Shown here one piece after another: positions 28,113 through 44,553 of a stretch of 64,000 bases of DNA. Source of the DNA: Eledone cirrhosa. Its lineage: Eukaryota. The position numbers and the translations under genes were made by a program. The DNA is taken from assembly GCA_964016885.1 (NCBI GenBank), contig OZ024763.1, positions 26,660,001 to 26,724,000 of the forward strand. The letters run 5' to 3'. The notes under the pieces were generated by a model. The model worked only from the letters and a program-made list of their open reading frames with translations, was not told the DNA's origin and did not search any database. Each line of letters starts with the position of its first letter. Position 1 is the first letter of the stretch.

Positions 28113-28439
28113 CCGTTACCACCACCAACACCTGCTACACCATATAAAGTCAAGTGTTACTCTACATAATGTTGAGTCCTACTCTATGATACTGAGTAAA
28201 AATCAGAGTTCCTCTGCAAGACCAGAACGTCAGTAGCCCCGTCTGAGGAAGGGGTTCCGTGAGGTGGAGGTGGCTGTTGCAGCGGGTGTAGCTGGCCATT
28301 GTCCGCAGAAATGGCTATGCAGTTATGTCCATGAGACACAGCCCCAAATACCACCCCGCCCTAGGCCCAGAACCCCATCTTTTTCTTCTGTGGCCCTAGA
28401 GCCCATGTTTTCCCCCACTTTTTTCCTCCTCTCAATTAT

Positions 28440-28980
28440 ACCATCTATAGTCCTTTCCTCTACTTTCCACTACAACCAGATCTGTCCTTTACACCTTCTC
28501 CCTTTTCCCCAGTCCTTTCCTCTACTTTCCCAAACAGACAGCCCTGCCTTTTTTTTTACCCCCTTTGCTCTCTTTTCGTCTCATTTATGTCATTTATAAA
28601 CATTTCCTATACTTTCTGATTCATCCAGATCTCTCCCTCTTTAGCCCTTCTCTTTCCCTTTCCTCTCATTTATAGTCCTTTCCTCTATTTTCCCATACAG
28701 CCAGGTTTGCCCTTATTTACCCCATTGCCCTCTTTTCCCTCTCATTTATGGCATTTATAGTCCTTTCCTCTATTTTCCCATACAGCTAGACTGCACTTTT
28801 TTTAACCCTTCCCTCTTTTTCCTAGTCCTTTCCTCTATTTTCCCATTCCACCAGATCTGCCCTTCTTTAGTCCTTCTCTCTCCCTTTCCTCACAGTTATA
28901 CCATCTGTAGTCCTTTCCTCTACTTTCCCATACAGCCAGATTTGCCCTTCTTTTAGCCCGTCGCCTCTTTTCCTCATTAC
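28440..28980. repeat. Diverged pyrimidine-rich tandem repeat (TAGTCCTTTCCTCTAYTTTCCCA)
   Basis: Six recurrences of the motif. Confidence 0.75.
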
Positions 28981-29587
28981 TTAATTTTGTATTTATCTTT
29001 CTTGTTCATATTTATATAAATTATCAATGGGTTTTTTTAAGCCAACTTTATGAATAAAAAAAAAGTCCCAGTTATTAAACATTAAAAAAAAAAATTGTGT
29101 GAATTAGTTTTCTACAATCTCATTCACCCTTCCACCACCACCACCACCACCACCACCGCAACAACCACCACCACCACCACAACCGCAACAACCACCACCA
29201 CCACCACCACGCCACAGTAAGCCGTTGAAAGAAACCGATGTAGATTTCGCAATCATTCTTATTAATAAAGCTTTATGTATGTATATAAAGTTGGATACTA
29301 AAAGATGTACATTTCACATTTTCACGTCTATATTAACGATACAGATGTTTGTTATATGGTGTATATAAAATTAGATACACTCACTCAGACGTACTTTCTC
29401 AGTATTTGATCTAGAAGTGCAAGTGACTGAAAGATGTAGATTTCACTCAAAGTTCATAGTAATATTGCTTTAATATACGTTACATGTATACATACATATA
29501 TACAAACATATATACATGTATACATACATAGATACATACATACATACATACATACATACATACATACATGTATACGTATATACATAC

Positions 29588-29913
29588 TAAGAAACACAGT
29601 AAACCGTGTGTCTAAAATGACAAGGGTTGAATTCATCTTTCTGTGTGAACGTTGGCAAATAGTGTTTGTGACATTTAATTGCAATCTCTCGCTGATGAAG
29701 CCCAGGTTTATCTGTTACAAACACACTCAGGGCGAAACAGATTAGGGATAATCTGTCCGAGAGATATAATGGTTATTGAGGCGGTTTGTATTATTATGAT
29801 AATATATTTTTATTTTCATTTTGTCATCCTGTCTGTTTCTTGGTTAAATATTTCAAGCATATGTGGTTTTTCAACCCTTGTAATTTTAGACACACGGTTT
29901 ACTGTGTTTCTTA
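29588..29913 (+). mobile_element. Hammerhead element with an inverted 3'-end copy at its 5' end
   Basis: 29588-29631 is the reverse complement of 29870-29913, and a hammerhead lies between them. Confidence 0.75.
29684..29749 (+). ncRNA. Type I hammerhead motif
   Basis: atctct(cg)-CTGATGA-A-GCCC...GGGC-GAAA-CAGA-TT-agggat. Confidence 0.65.
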
Positions 29914-30074
29914 CTATATATTGTTAATCGGCTCAGTATTTATTTGTACTTTATACTTAGAGCTTAATGGTTACATATTCATATATATACGTATATACAT
30001 ATATATTTTTAGTTTTAGATTTTGAAGTGAAAGTGTCTGGAATATTAAAGTACATTCTACCCTTCCATATATAG

Positions 30075-30152
<78 letters not shown>

Positions 30153-30174
30153 ACATATATTTAACACAGAGTGT

Positions 30175-30365
30175 GTGATAATAAAGCAGGTGGACTATAA
30201 CGCACCAGAGTACTCAATACTTAGGGTAGTAGAGTGGGTAATAGAAAAAGAGTCAGGATCCCGACGGCTGAGCTCCGGCCATTTCGAATTTCGACAACTA
30301 GATCCGGTTGTAGCTGTCGAAACGGCCGGAGCTCAGCCGTCGGGGCCCTGACTCTTTTCCTATAC
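30175..30365 (-). mobile_element. Family C variant with fold-back palindrome
   Basis: CCCGACGGCTGAGCTCCGGCC...GGCCGGAGCTCAGCCGTCGGG. Confidence 0.8.
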
Positions 30366-30377
30366 GTATATATATAT

Positions 30378-30640
30378 ATATTGTTATACTTTGGGAGGGT
30401 CATGTTGCCAATAAGAAACACACGCACCAGTTGCTTTCACTTCAATTTATTATATATTTATAAATTTACAAATCTACAAATCTATAAATTTCTGGTTGGT
30501 TGGTTGGTTCCACAACCAGATAGTTGTTTATATATAGTCATAGTCCTTTCGTCACACACTCTGTGACCTCTTCAGTGACTGGGGATTCCTTTCTTTGTTT
30601 CTGTGCCTTTCCTTTCTTCTGTCCTACGCCATTTTGTATA
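30378..30640 (-). mobile_element. Family B hammerhead element between (TA)n tracts
   Basis: Contains the hammerhead at 30536-30580 and a tail matching 1-78. Confidence 0.7.
30536..30580 (-). ncRNA. Type I hammerhead ribozyme motif
   Basis: agtca-CTGAAGA-G-GTCACA gagtg TGTGAC-GAAA-GGAC-TA-tgact. Confidence 0.75.
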
Positions 30641-30877
30641 TATATATATATAGTAGAATAATCGAGTATCGAAAAATCGGCGCACGAGTTCACGATAAAC
30701 AAAATTCGAGATGAGCGGCAGAGGGCTCTATAATTCAAATAAATTAGAGCTATAACTATCGTTAAATACCGTCACACGTAGAATATGTCTACAATCAACC
30801 AAATAACCGATAAGTTCGATATGGAAGATTCGGGACACTCAGATAAATTATCAATAAATCAATAAATGAAATGATAT

Positions 30878-31251
30878 ATACACTCCCCACCCCCCATACA
30901 CATTCGCAGTCCCGGTTATTCGCGGAATTTTCCTTAGAAACCTAACTAATAATTGTTGGTGGAACCCACCGCATATTCGCGGAATCCTGAATATCTTCCG
31001 CGATTTATTTCATGGCGTTTTTTCATGACAATATATATATTTTTAACGCTAAATTATTAATAACAATATACCGTATTTGCTGACCTATTGGACGCTCCTT
31101 CGCATAAGACGCTCCTTCTTTTTTTATTATTATATTTTACATTATATTTTGACGTTTATAGGCATTTTGATGGACCACGTCCGATATTCGCGGTTTTCGT
31201 TCTTCGTGGGTGGTCTGGGAGCGTAACCTCTGCGAATACCGAAGACTACTG

Positions 31252-31253
<2 letters not shown>
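30878..31253. mobile_element. pogo/Tigger-like MITE
   Basis: Right end GCGAATACCGAAGACTACTG-TA resembles a CAGT-start TIR in a TA target. The body is homologous to 61315-61667. Confidence 0.6.
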
Positions 31254-31566
<313 letters not shown>

Positions 31567-31979
31567 TAGCAGTAGTACCACTAACACAGCATGATTTGTA
31601 ATATAGGTGTATATGAAACCATACACTATATGTTTATGTATAATAAGAGCGGTGCCCCAGTATGGCCTCAGCCGGATGGCTGGAACAGGTAAAAGAGTAA
31701 AAGAGTAATAAACATATATGAGTCTCGCTAGGAGTATTTTAAGTAGTGATCATGTCGCACCTTCTTCAGCAGCTGTGTGGTTGCCAAAGATATTCAGGAA
31801 TATCACTGAATATAATTTACAGCATGTAATCTCTGTAATTCTTAGGGGAGGGTTTTGGGCACACACCATCACCACTCCACACCACACTCCACTCTACACC
31901 ACTCCACACCACACTCCACTCTACACCACCACACTCCACTCCACACCATCACCACTCCGCACCACACTCCACTCCACAC

Positions 31980-32500
31980 ACATCTAAGCATATCTACATA
32001 TATACACACACACATCTATTAAGCCTATCTTCATACACACACACACATCTTCTAAGCATATCTTCACTTACACACACACACACATCTTCTAAGCATATCT
32101 TCACTTACACACACACACACATCTACTAAGCATATCTTCACACACACACACACATCTAAGCATATCTTCATACACTCACACATCTTCTAAGCATATCTTC
32201 ACACACACACATTTACTAAGCATATCTTCACACACACACATCTATTAAGCATATCTTCATACACTCACACATCTTCTAAGCATATCACACCCTCTAGGTA
32301 TATCTTCACACACACATCTTCTAAGCATATCTGCACACACACACACATCTATTAAGCATATCTTCACACATACGCATCTACTAAGCATATATTCACACAC
32401 ACATACACACATCTACTAAGCACATCTTACACACACACACTCACATCTTCTATGCATATCACACACACACGCTCATAGACATCTTTTAGGCATATCTTCA
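31980..32500. repeat. CTAAGCATATCTT(CA)n minisatellite
   Basis: Directly visible. Confidence 0.85.
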
Positions 32501-32678
32501 CATACACACACGCTCACACACACACACGACCCCCCCCCCACACGGCCCCTACCCCACATACAACACACACACTCTACCCCCACACACATCACATACACAC
32601 ATTTTCTTCTTCCTATTCGTCAGCAGTAGAACAGCAAACAGCTACTAAGAACATATTTAACACACACACACACAGACA

Positions 32679-32724
<46 letters not shown>

Positions 32725-32745
32725 TACACACACACATACACACAC

Positions 32746-32776
<31 letters not shown>

Positions 32777-32919
32777 GACACACACACATACATACACACA
32801 TATATATACATACATACATACACACACATATATACATACACACACACATACACACATACATACACACACTAATGCATATCTACCAACGTTCATATCTATA
32901 AACACACACACAACCTTCA

Positions 32920-33240
<321 letters not shown>

Positions 33241-33284
33241 TATATATATATATATATTTTATATATATATGACGATTGTATATG

Positions 33285-33316
<32 letters not shown>

Positions 33317-33463
33317 CATACACAATCGTTATCTATATTTTATATATATATATATATAGAGGGCGACCGGCTAAGGTGGAATATGCTAGATGTCGGTCGT
33401 CCTTGGGTCTATGATTTTCAGCCCCATGGATTTTATCTGTTACATTCATTTGTTATATTTCGA

Positions 33464-33521
33464 ATACCTGATGATGTCACCGGATTCATACTGAACCCGG
33501 TCATTGAAATGATCATAGTAT
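33464..33521 (+). ncRNA. Type I hammerhead ribozyme motif
   Basis: atac-CTGATGA-tgtcaccggattca tac tgaacccggtcatt-GAAA-TGATCA-TA-gtat. Confidence 0.78.
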
Positions 33522-33567
33522 AATAAACCTTTCAAGGATTTACACAAGTCCAGCCTCCTGTCATTTC

Positions 33568-33888
<321 letters not shown>

Positions 33889-33984
33889 TATATACACACA
33901 TACGAAACTTTATATCTATAACACATCTACCAACGTTCATATCTATACACATATATACACCAAACTTTATATATACACACATAC

Positions 33985-35630
33985 ATCAACAGCAATAATA
34001 ACAACAGAAATAACTACAACAACAGCAATAACAACAACAAAAACAGCAGCAATAACAACAACAACAACAGCAATAACTACAACAGCAATAACTACAACAA
34101 CAACAGCAATAACTACAACAACAACAGCAATAACTACAACAGCAATAACTACAACAACAACAACATCAATAACTACAACAACAACAACAACAGCAGCAAT
34201 AACAACAACACCAATAACAACAACAACAGCAACAACAACAGCAATAACTACAACAACAACAGCAATAACAACAGCAACAACAATATCAACAGCAATAACA
34301 ACAACAACAGCAATAACAACAACAACAGCAACAGCAATAACAACAACAGCACCACCACCACCATCTATTCTATCACCACCACCATCTATTCTATCACCAC
34401 CACCACCACCACCGCCATCTATTCTATCACCACCACCATCTATTCTATCACCACCGCCATCTATTCTATCACCACCACCACCACCATCTATTCTATCACC
34501 ACCGCCATCTATTCTATCACCACCGCCATCTATTCTATCACCACCACCACCACCATCTATTCTATCCCCACCGCCACCGCCATCTATTCTATCACCACCG
34601 CCATCTATTCTATCACCACCACCACCACCATCTATTCTATCCCCACCGCCACCACCATCTATTCTATCCCCACCGCCATCTATTCTATCACCACCACCAC
34701 CACCATCTATTCTATCACCACAGCCACCACCACCGCCATCTATTCTATCCCCACCGCCATCTATTCTATCACCACCACCACCACCATCTATTCTATCCCC
34801 ACCGCCATCTATTCTATCCCCACCGCCACCACCATCTATTCTATCCCCACCGCCATCTATTCTATCACCACCACCACCACCATCTATTCTATCACCACAG
34901 CCACCACCACCGCCATCTATTCTATCCCCACCGCCATCTATTCTATCACCACCACCACCACCATCTATTCTATCCCCACCGCCATCTATTCTATCACCAC
35001 CGCCACCACCACCGCCATCTATTCTATCCCCACCACCATCTATTCTATCCCCACCACCATCTATTCTATCCCCACCGCCATCTATTCTATTACCACCACC
35101 ACCACCACCACCGCCATCTATTCTATCACCACCACCACCACCACCACCACCATCTATTCTATCCCCACCGCCATCTATTCTATCACCACCACCACCACCG
35201 CCATCTATTCTACCACCACCACCACCGCCGCCATCTATTCTATCACCACCGCCATCTATTCTATCCCCACCGCCATCTATTCTATCACCACCACCACCAC
35301 CGCCATCTATTCTATCACCACCACCACCACCACCGCCATCTATTCTACCACCACCACCACCGCCGCCATCTATTCTATCACCACCACCACCGCCATCTAT
35401 TCTATCACCACCACCACCGCCATCTATTCTATCACCACCACCACCGCCATCTATTCTATCACCACCACCACCGCCATCTATTCTATCACCACCACCACCG
35501 CCATCTATTCTATCACCACCACCACCGCCATCTATTCTATCACCACCACCACCACCGCCATCTATTCTATCACCACCACCACCACCGCCATCTATTCTAC
35601 CACCACCACCACCACCGCCATCTATTCTAC
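33985..35630. repeat. (CAA)n tract followed by a CCATCTATTCTAT(CAC)n minisatellite
   Basis: Directly visible. Confidence 0.9.
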
Positions 35631-36234
35631 CATTATAGATTGTCAGACATGGAGTAGAGAATCTTTCTAAATATATTCTAAGCTCGGTTTCTATTTCCTG
35701 TATCTCACATGTAGTATAAATTACATGGTGGATACCTTAAACTTTATATAACACCCCACCTCCCTCCCTCCTACCCCCTACTTAGTCTTAACTTATATTA
35801 TCATATCCATCATCATCACCATCACCATCACCATCATCATCATTGCCACCATCATCACCATCACCATCATCACCATCATCATTGTCACCATCATCACCAT
35901 CACCACCATCATCACCATCACCATCACCATCATCACCATCACCATCACCACCATCATCACCATCAACATCATCATCATCACCATCATCACCATCAACATC
36001 ATCATCATCACCATCACCATCATCATCATCATCATCACCATCACCATCATCATCATTGTCACCATCATCACCATCAACATCATTGTCACCACCACCATCA
36101 TCATCATCATCATTTTTCTGAAATCTTACCTTTCAAATATTTCACGAATATTCTTTCATCATGGTTGCTGTGAGGCCTTCTTACCTCTTGGGTCTTGGAA
36201 CAAAGTACCGGCTGCTTCCCCCACCTCTCACAGG

Positions 36235-36294
<60 letters not shown>

Positions 36295-36326
36295 TTATTT
36301 ACCACACCTTTCTTTCCAATCATAAT

Positions 36327-36985
36327 ATAATTGTTTCTACTTTTGGCACAAGGCCAGCAATTATCCCAGTGTATTACTGGTACTTTATTTTATCGACCGC
36401 GTAAGGATGAAAGGCAAAGTTAACCTCGGCGGGATTTGAACTCAAACCGAAATATAATTGTTTCTACTTTTGGCCCAAGGCCAGCAATTATCCTAGTGTA
36501 TTACTGGTACTTTACTTTACCGTAATATAATAAAGTGAGGAGTGCGGGACTGTGTCCTGAATATATTTTTTTTATCTCGTTTGTAAAATAAGTTGGATTA
36601 CTTTGAATAAATAATTGTCTCTACTTTTGGCATAAAGCCAGCAATTATCCCAGTACATTACTGGTACTTTATTTTATCGACCCCGTAAGGATGAAAGGCA
36701 AAGTTAACCTCGGCGGGATTTGAACTCAGATCGTAAAGGGACGTAACTCTTTGCTGCAAAGCATGGCGTCCGACCCTCTACCGATACTGCCAATTCACCG
36801 CCCTTACTTTGAATAAATAATTGTTTCTACTTTTTGGCACAAGGCCAGCAATTCACCAGTGCATTACTGGTACTTTATTTTATCGACCCCGTAAGGATGA
36901 AAGGCAAAGTCAACCTCAGCGGGATTTGAACTCAGATCGTTAAGGGACGTAACTATGCTGGAAAGCATGGCATCCGACCCTCTAC
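36327..36985 (-). mobile_element. Cluster of four co-oriented family A SINE copies
   Basis: The full copy at ~36613-36803 is flanked by the direct repeat TTACTTTGAATAAATA. Confidence 0.85.
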
Positions 36986-37740
36986 GTGAATAAATAATGA
37001 ATGAATATTACATAATTTATCTACTAAATTCCGTAGCTGTTAATTAAACATAAATATTCTTATATATAATGATTGCTTATTTTAAGATTCACTTCTTTTT
37101 AAATTTTCAAATGTCTACACTTCCGGTTAGCGTCCGTTATATCTTAATACTTAGCTGTACGCTATATCATATCACTTATATAAACGTTCGTATATTTGTA
37201 TCGTTATATCATAACGTTTAATATTTCTGTTGCTAATTTTCTCTTTTTTCCGTTTTCATTACATTTCACCGTAATGCAGTTTATATATAATATCGTCTTT
37301 TTTTAAATGTATCATGGATTACTTTACTGATTACAAAAGAGAGTATAACACAGTCTCTCTTCAATTTCTGTGCGATTTTATTTGATGTATCATATCTACA
37401 TGTATATGTATATATGGAGGAACGATCGACTTTCGTCAAATCGGACCGAGGGAACAATGTTTCCGTTGGTCTTTCCAATTGCTAATACTATCTATCGGTC
37501 GCAACTCCAGGTAGAAGGAGCAACGTGAAATAAAGTGTCTTGCTCAAGGACATGACGCATCGCCTGGTCCAGGAATCGAACTCACAACCTTACGATTGCG
37601 AATCCAATTCTCTAACCACTCAGCCACACGCCTTCACTATGTATATATATATTTGCGTATAATATCAATATACACACTACACATGCTAGCAGAAAAAACA
37701 CACGTAGGGTGGTTTTTCTGCTAGTATTTCTAATGAAAGA
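36525..37740 (-). repeat. Family D copy 2, interrupted by three SINEs
   Basis: Reverse-complement homology to 660-1232 resumes after each insertion. Confidence 0.7.
37417..37638 (-). mobile_element. tRNA/CORE-like SINE
   Basis: Reverse complement of 16542-16762. Confidence 0.85.
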
Positions 37741-37850
37741 CACTGCCTGCATTTTTCGAATAATTTTGAAAACATTGCAAGGAAGATATCTATCTATTGA
37801 AAGATGTGTTAAAACAGATTTATAGCTTTGATGATATAAGTATATAACTG

Positions 37851-37993
<143 letters not shown>

Positions 37994-39319
37994 TGTGTTT
38001 GTGTGTTTGTGTGTGTGTGTGTATGTGTTTTTGTGTGTGTGTGTGTGTGTGTATCTGTGTTTGTGTGTGTGTGTGTGTCTCTGAGTGTGTATGTCATGTG
38101 AGCGTGTGTTGTGTGTCTTGTATTGTCTGTGTGTCGTGTGTGCTATGTAAGTAGTGCGTGTCTTCTGTGTCATGTGAGTGTGTATGTGTGTGTGCGTGTG
38201 TGTATGCCATGTGTGTGAGTGTGTATGTGTGTGTGGTTGTGTGTATGTCATGTGAGTGTGTATGTCATGTGAGTGTGTATGTCGTGTGTGTATGTCATGT
38301 GAGTGTGTATGTCGTGTGTGTATGTCATGTGTGTGTATGTCGTGTGTATGTGTGTGTGTGTATGTGTGTTGCCATGACGAACAATGTGACAATATAAAAT
38401 GCCAGCGCCACGTTGACATTTTCAAAGACAGACAGAAATATTTTGTTTGTTTTGTTTTGTTTTGTTACACACATACAGTTGTTGGTGGCGGTGGCGGTGG
38501 TGGTAGTGGTGGTGGTGGTGGTGTTAGTGGCGGTGGCGGTGGTGGTGGTGTTAGTGGTGGTGGTGGTGGTGGTGGTGGTGGTGGTGGTGGTGGTGTTGAT
38601 GGTGGTGGTGGTGGAGGATGGTTACACTTGACTCCTCTCACTTGCAGCATCTTGCTAATAACTCTCTAGAACCCTCCACCGTACCAGACCCCGCCTCCAC
38701 CGGAGTGAGGTGATGGTGGGGGTTGTTATGTAGAAGAACTGTTGGCAGATGTTATTATTGCCAAGGACGTGTCACTAGTGAAACCAAATGCGTAGTCTTA
38801 TATATATAATCAGAGAAAGGGGGAGTAAAAGTTAGAGAGGGAAAGAAAGACAGAGAGAGAGAGAGAGAGAGACACATACAGAGAAAGAGAGAAAGATAGA
38901 GACGACAGAGAGAGAGAGAGTAATAGAGAGAAAGAGAGAGAGCTAACATCATCATCAATAACAACAGTGTGTATCTTTAACGTAGTATTTCTCTCAGGGA
39001 GATTCAGCTTGACAAAGTGTGTGGACAAAAGCGACCCTTTGTATCACAGTTGATTGGACGTGGACTGGGGCAAGCAGAAATAACACGAATGTGTTACCTG
39101 GGAGTCGAACTCATCGCCTTACGATAGTGAACCGAATACTTTAACCACTGATCCTAGTCCTGTTAACTTTTAATGACACACACGATTCCATGTGAAAACC
39201 TACACACACACACACACTCACATAAACACACACACTCACATACGCACACACACACACTCACATACATACACACACATCTACACACAGTACACACACACCA
39301 TTACACACATCAACACCCA

Positions 39320-39870
39320 TCTACACATATCAACACACATCAACACATCTACACACCTCTACACACCTCTACACACACATCTACACATCTCTACACACAC
39401 ATCTACACATCTCTACACACATCTACACACCTCTACATACATCAACACACCTCTACACACACCAACACACCTCTACACACATCTACACACATCAACGCAC
39501 ATCTACACACCTCTACACACACCTCTACACACATCTAGACACCTCTACACACACATCTACACACCTCTACACACACATCAACGCACATCTACACACCTCT
39601 ACACACACCTCTACACACATCTATACACCTCTACACACATCTACACACCTCTACACACCTCTACTCACACCTCTACACACATCTATACACCTCTACACAC
39701 ATCTACACATCTCTACACACCTCTACTCACACCTCTACACACATCTATACACCTCTACACACATCTACACACCTCTACACACATCAACACACCTCTACAC
39801 ACATCAACACACCTCTACACACATCAAGACACCTCTACACACATCTACACACCTCTACACACCTCTACAC
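39320..39870. repeat. ACACCTCTACAC minisatellite
   Basis: Directly visible. Confidence 0.9.
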
Positions 39871-40768
39871 AGTATATAATGGTGGTCTTCTCTATATTAG
39901 CCATCAAGCCAGACATATTTTTCCATCAAAGACGAAATAGAAAGGTTTTTATTGATATTGTTGTTGTTGTTGTGGTTACTGTTGTTGTTGTTGTTGTTGT
40001 TATTGTTGTTGCTGTTGTTATTGTTATTGTCGTTGCTGTTGTTTTTGTTGTTACTGTTGTTATTGTTGTTGCTGTTGTTATTGTTGCTATTGTTGCTGTT
40101 GTTACTGTTGTTATTGCTGTTGTTATTGTTGTTGTTACTGTTGTTGTCATTGTAGTTATAGTTGTTGTTATTGTTATTGCTGCTGTTGTTATTGTTGTTA
40201 TTGTTGTTGTTATGGTTGTTATTGTTATTTGTGTTATTGTTGTTGTTGTTATGGTTGCTATTGTTCTTGTTATGGTTGTTATCGTTGTTGTTGTTACCTC
40301 TAAAAACCTCATTTGTCTCCCAATGAGTCGTCTACTGTAACGCCACCACCTCCAACTTCTCCAATAAACAGAACCACACACACACACACCATATACAGCT
40401 ATAGCTATACATTTCACACACACACACACAGTCGTGTGTATTAAACACACACGTACCGAGCCGTGTGTACTAAACTCACACACACAGTCATGTATACTAA
40501 ACACATACACATACCGAGCCGTGTACACTAAACGCACGCACACACAAACACACAACCACAGCACAAAACACACACATCGGTAGCCATGTATGCTACACAC
40601 ACACACACACACACATATATATACATATATATATATATACATATATATACATACATATATATATATATTCACATCCATTAACACACATGTATAACGGTCG
40701 TACACTAAACAACACACACACACACACACATATCAATAGGTACATATACGAAACATAAATTACTTAAT

Positions 40769-40821
<53 letters not shown>

Positions 40822-40866
40822 GTCACATTCATTAAATACATACATACACACACCCACACACACATA

Positions 40867-40901
<35 letters not shown>

Positions 40902-41114
40902 GTGTATATATATATATATGTATATATATATGTATATATATATATATACATACAGTCACATTCATTATACAAACACATACATACAGCCACCTACAATATA
41001 TACACACTTATATAGTAATGCTCGCAAAATACACACATACATAGATACATACATACATACACACACATATACATACAGTCACATTCAATAAACAAACACA
41101 CACACACACACAAC

Positions 41115-42255
41115 CACGTACAGTAAAGACATACATATATATACACACGCAGACACGTACAGTAAAGACATATATATACACACGCAGACACGTACAGTAA
41201 AGACATACATATACACACACAGACACGTACAGTAAAGACATATATATACACACGCAGACACGTACAGTAAAGACATATATATACACACGCAGACACGTAC
41301 AGTAAAGACATACATATACACACACAGACACGTACAGTAAAGACATACATATACACACACAGACACGTACAGTAAATACATACATATACACACACAGACA
41401 CGTACAGTAAAGACATACATATATACACACACACGTACAGTAAAGACATACATATATATACACAGACACGTACAGTAAAGACATACATATACACACACAG
41501 ACACGTACAGTAAAGACATACATATATATACACACACAGACACGTACAGTAAAGACATACATATACACACACAGACACGTACAGTAAAGACATACATATA
41601 CACACACAGACACGTACAGTAAAGACATACATATACACACACAGACACGTACAGTAAAGACATACATATATACACACACACAGACACGTACAGTAAAGAC
41701 ATACATATATATATACACACACAGACACGTTCAGTAAAGACATACATATACACACACAGACACGTACAGTAAAGACATACATATACACACACAGACACGT
41801 ACAGTAAAGACATACATATACACACACAGCCACGTACAGTAAGCACATATATATATACACACAGACGTACAGTAAGCACATATATATATACACACAGACG
41901 TACAGTAAAGGCATACATATACACACACACACGTACAGTAAAGACATACATATATACACACACAGACATACAGTAAAGGCATACATACACACACAGAGAG
42001 ACACGTACAGTTAACACACACATATATATACAGTCACATTCACTATACAAACACACACACACTCACAGCCACGTACAGTAAAGACATACATATATATACA
42101 CACAGACGTACAGTAAAGGCATACATATACACACACACAGAGACACGTACAGTTAACACACACATATATATACAGTCACATTCACTATACAAACACACAC
42201 TCACGCACAGCCACGTACAGTAAACATACACACACACAACCACGTACAGTAAGCA
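41115..42255. repeat. ~35-bp minisatellite CACGTACAGTAAAGACATACATATACACACACAGA, about 30 copies
   Basis: Constant core with variable (TA)/(CA) length. Confidence 0.9.
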
Positions 42256-42466
42256 CACACATATACACATACATAGTCTCATTCAATAAATAAACTTACA
42301 CATATATCCACGTATATTGCGTATATATACACTCGCTCAGACATAACCTTCAAGCGAGTCTCTCTATGTGTAGAGGTTTCGACCTGCCAGAAATAGCAGC
42401 TAAATTTCCTTCCATTTGCATATGTTCTGGATATACATGTGTGTATATTGCATGTATAGTAATAGT

Positions 42467-42570
<104 letters not shown>

Positions 42571-42687
42571 CACATGCAATACATACCTGCTATAATTATG
42601 TTCAAGTGGAAATATATATATGTATATATATAATATATATAATATATATAATATATATATATTATATGCATATGTAATGTATTATAT

Positions 42688-42792
42688 GGCCGAGGTTAAC
42701 TTTGCCTTTCATCCTTACGGGGTCGATAAAATAAAGTACCAGTAATACACTGTGTAATTGCTGGCCTTGTGCCAAAAAGTAGAAACAATTAT
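42688..42792 (+). mobile_element. Family A SINE 3' half
   Basis: Nin-like core and tail. Further tail fragments at ~49635, 49992, 55884 and 61528. Confidence 0.8.
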
Positions 42793-42929
42793 ATGTATAT
42801 ATATATATATATAAATTAAAACAAAATGAAAACGAAATTTCATTTCTCACTCTTAGTATGGCACTTACTTAAATGTAAGTATGCATGTATACGTACATAC
42901 ATATATGTATACAGACGTACAGTAGCATG

Positions 42930-42973
<44 letters not shown>

Positions 42974-43102
42974 TACATATGCATACAGGTACACATACAT
43001 ATATGCACGTATCAGTTTAGCGGCGCTAACGTCGCTTTGTTCGTTTGTAAACATATACTGTACGTCTGTATACATATATGTATGTACGTATACATGCATA
43101 CT

Positions 43103-43147
<45 letters not shown>

Positions 43148-43360
43148 ATACACACACACACACATATATATGTATATATATATATATATATATGTAATGT
43201 ATTATATGTAATATATTAACATTATATATATATATATATTTTATATATTATATATTTTATATATAGTATATGATATTATATATAAAATATATATAATATA
43301 TTATATATATCTATATTTTATATAATATATATATATGTTTAATATATATATATATATATG

Positions 43361-43410
<50 letters not shown>

Positions 43411-43584
43411 CACTATATACATATAATCACACGCTATACAGTTAAACAAAATCTTCCCAAGACTGCATACCAACAAGAAGAGAAACTGCACTCACGCATC
43501 TTGGAACAATCACCCGCCCTCTCTCTCCACACACACATATATACATTCATTTATATAGTTACACACACACACACACACACACGT

Positions 43585-43618
<34 letters not shown>

Positions 43619-43723
43619 CACCCTTCTATATACCCTCATATACGGACAAGCACTCAGCCACACGTAGCTTCAATTCCCCACAAATTCATTACACATATAT
43701 ATATATGTGTATATATGTATATA

Positions 43724-43816
<93 letters not shown>

Positions 43817-43997
43817 CCTACTGTCTACATACCAACGTTTCTAAAAAGAGAACAAAACAGATATTCATCACATACACGCATATATATATATACACACACA
43901 TGTATGTACACACATATCTATCATTTTATATATATACACGCACACATATAAATAGTGTGTGCTTGATTATATGCTTATATATATAAATGTGTTTCTA

Positions 43998-44071
<74 letters not shown>

Positions 44072-44136
44072 GTGCATGATTATATGCTTATATATATAAA
44101 TGTGTTTCCATACATATATACATTATATATATATAC

Positions 44137-44198
<62 letters not shown>

Positions 44199-44344
44199 TG
44201 TACGCATATAGTCATGCATATATATAAATACACACATATTTATATATATATATATGTGTGTGTGTATATATATATATATATGTGTGTGTATGTATATATG
44301 TGTATATATACACACAATCACACAGACATATATATATATATGTA

Positions 44345-44425
<81 letters not shown>

Positions 44426-44488
44426 GTGTGTGTATGTATATATGTGTGTATATACACACAATCACACACAGACATATATATATATGTA

Positions 44489-44553
<65 letters not shown>

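Noticed and set aside
31718-31860. Unique island: possible exon or decayed hammerhead (CTGAAGA on the minus strand)
   Set aside because: No GAAA and no recognisable protein, so it is ambiguous.
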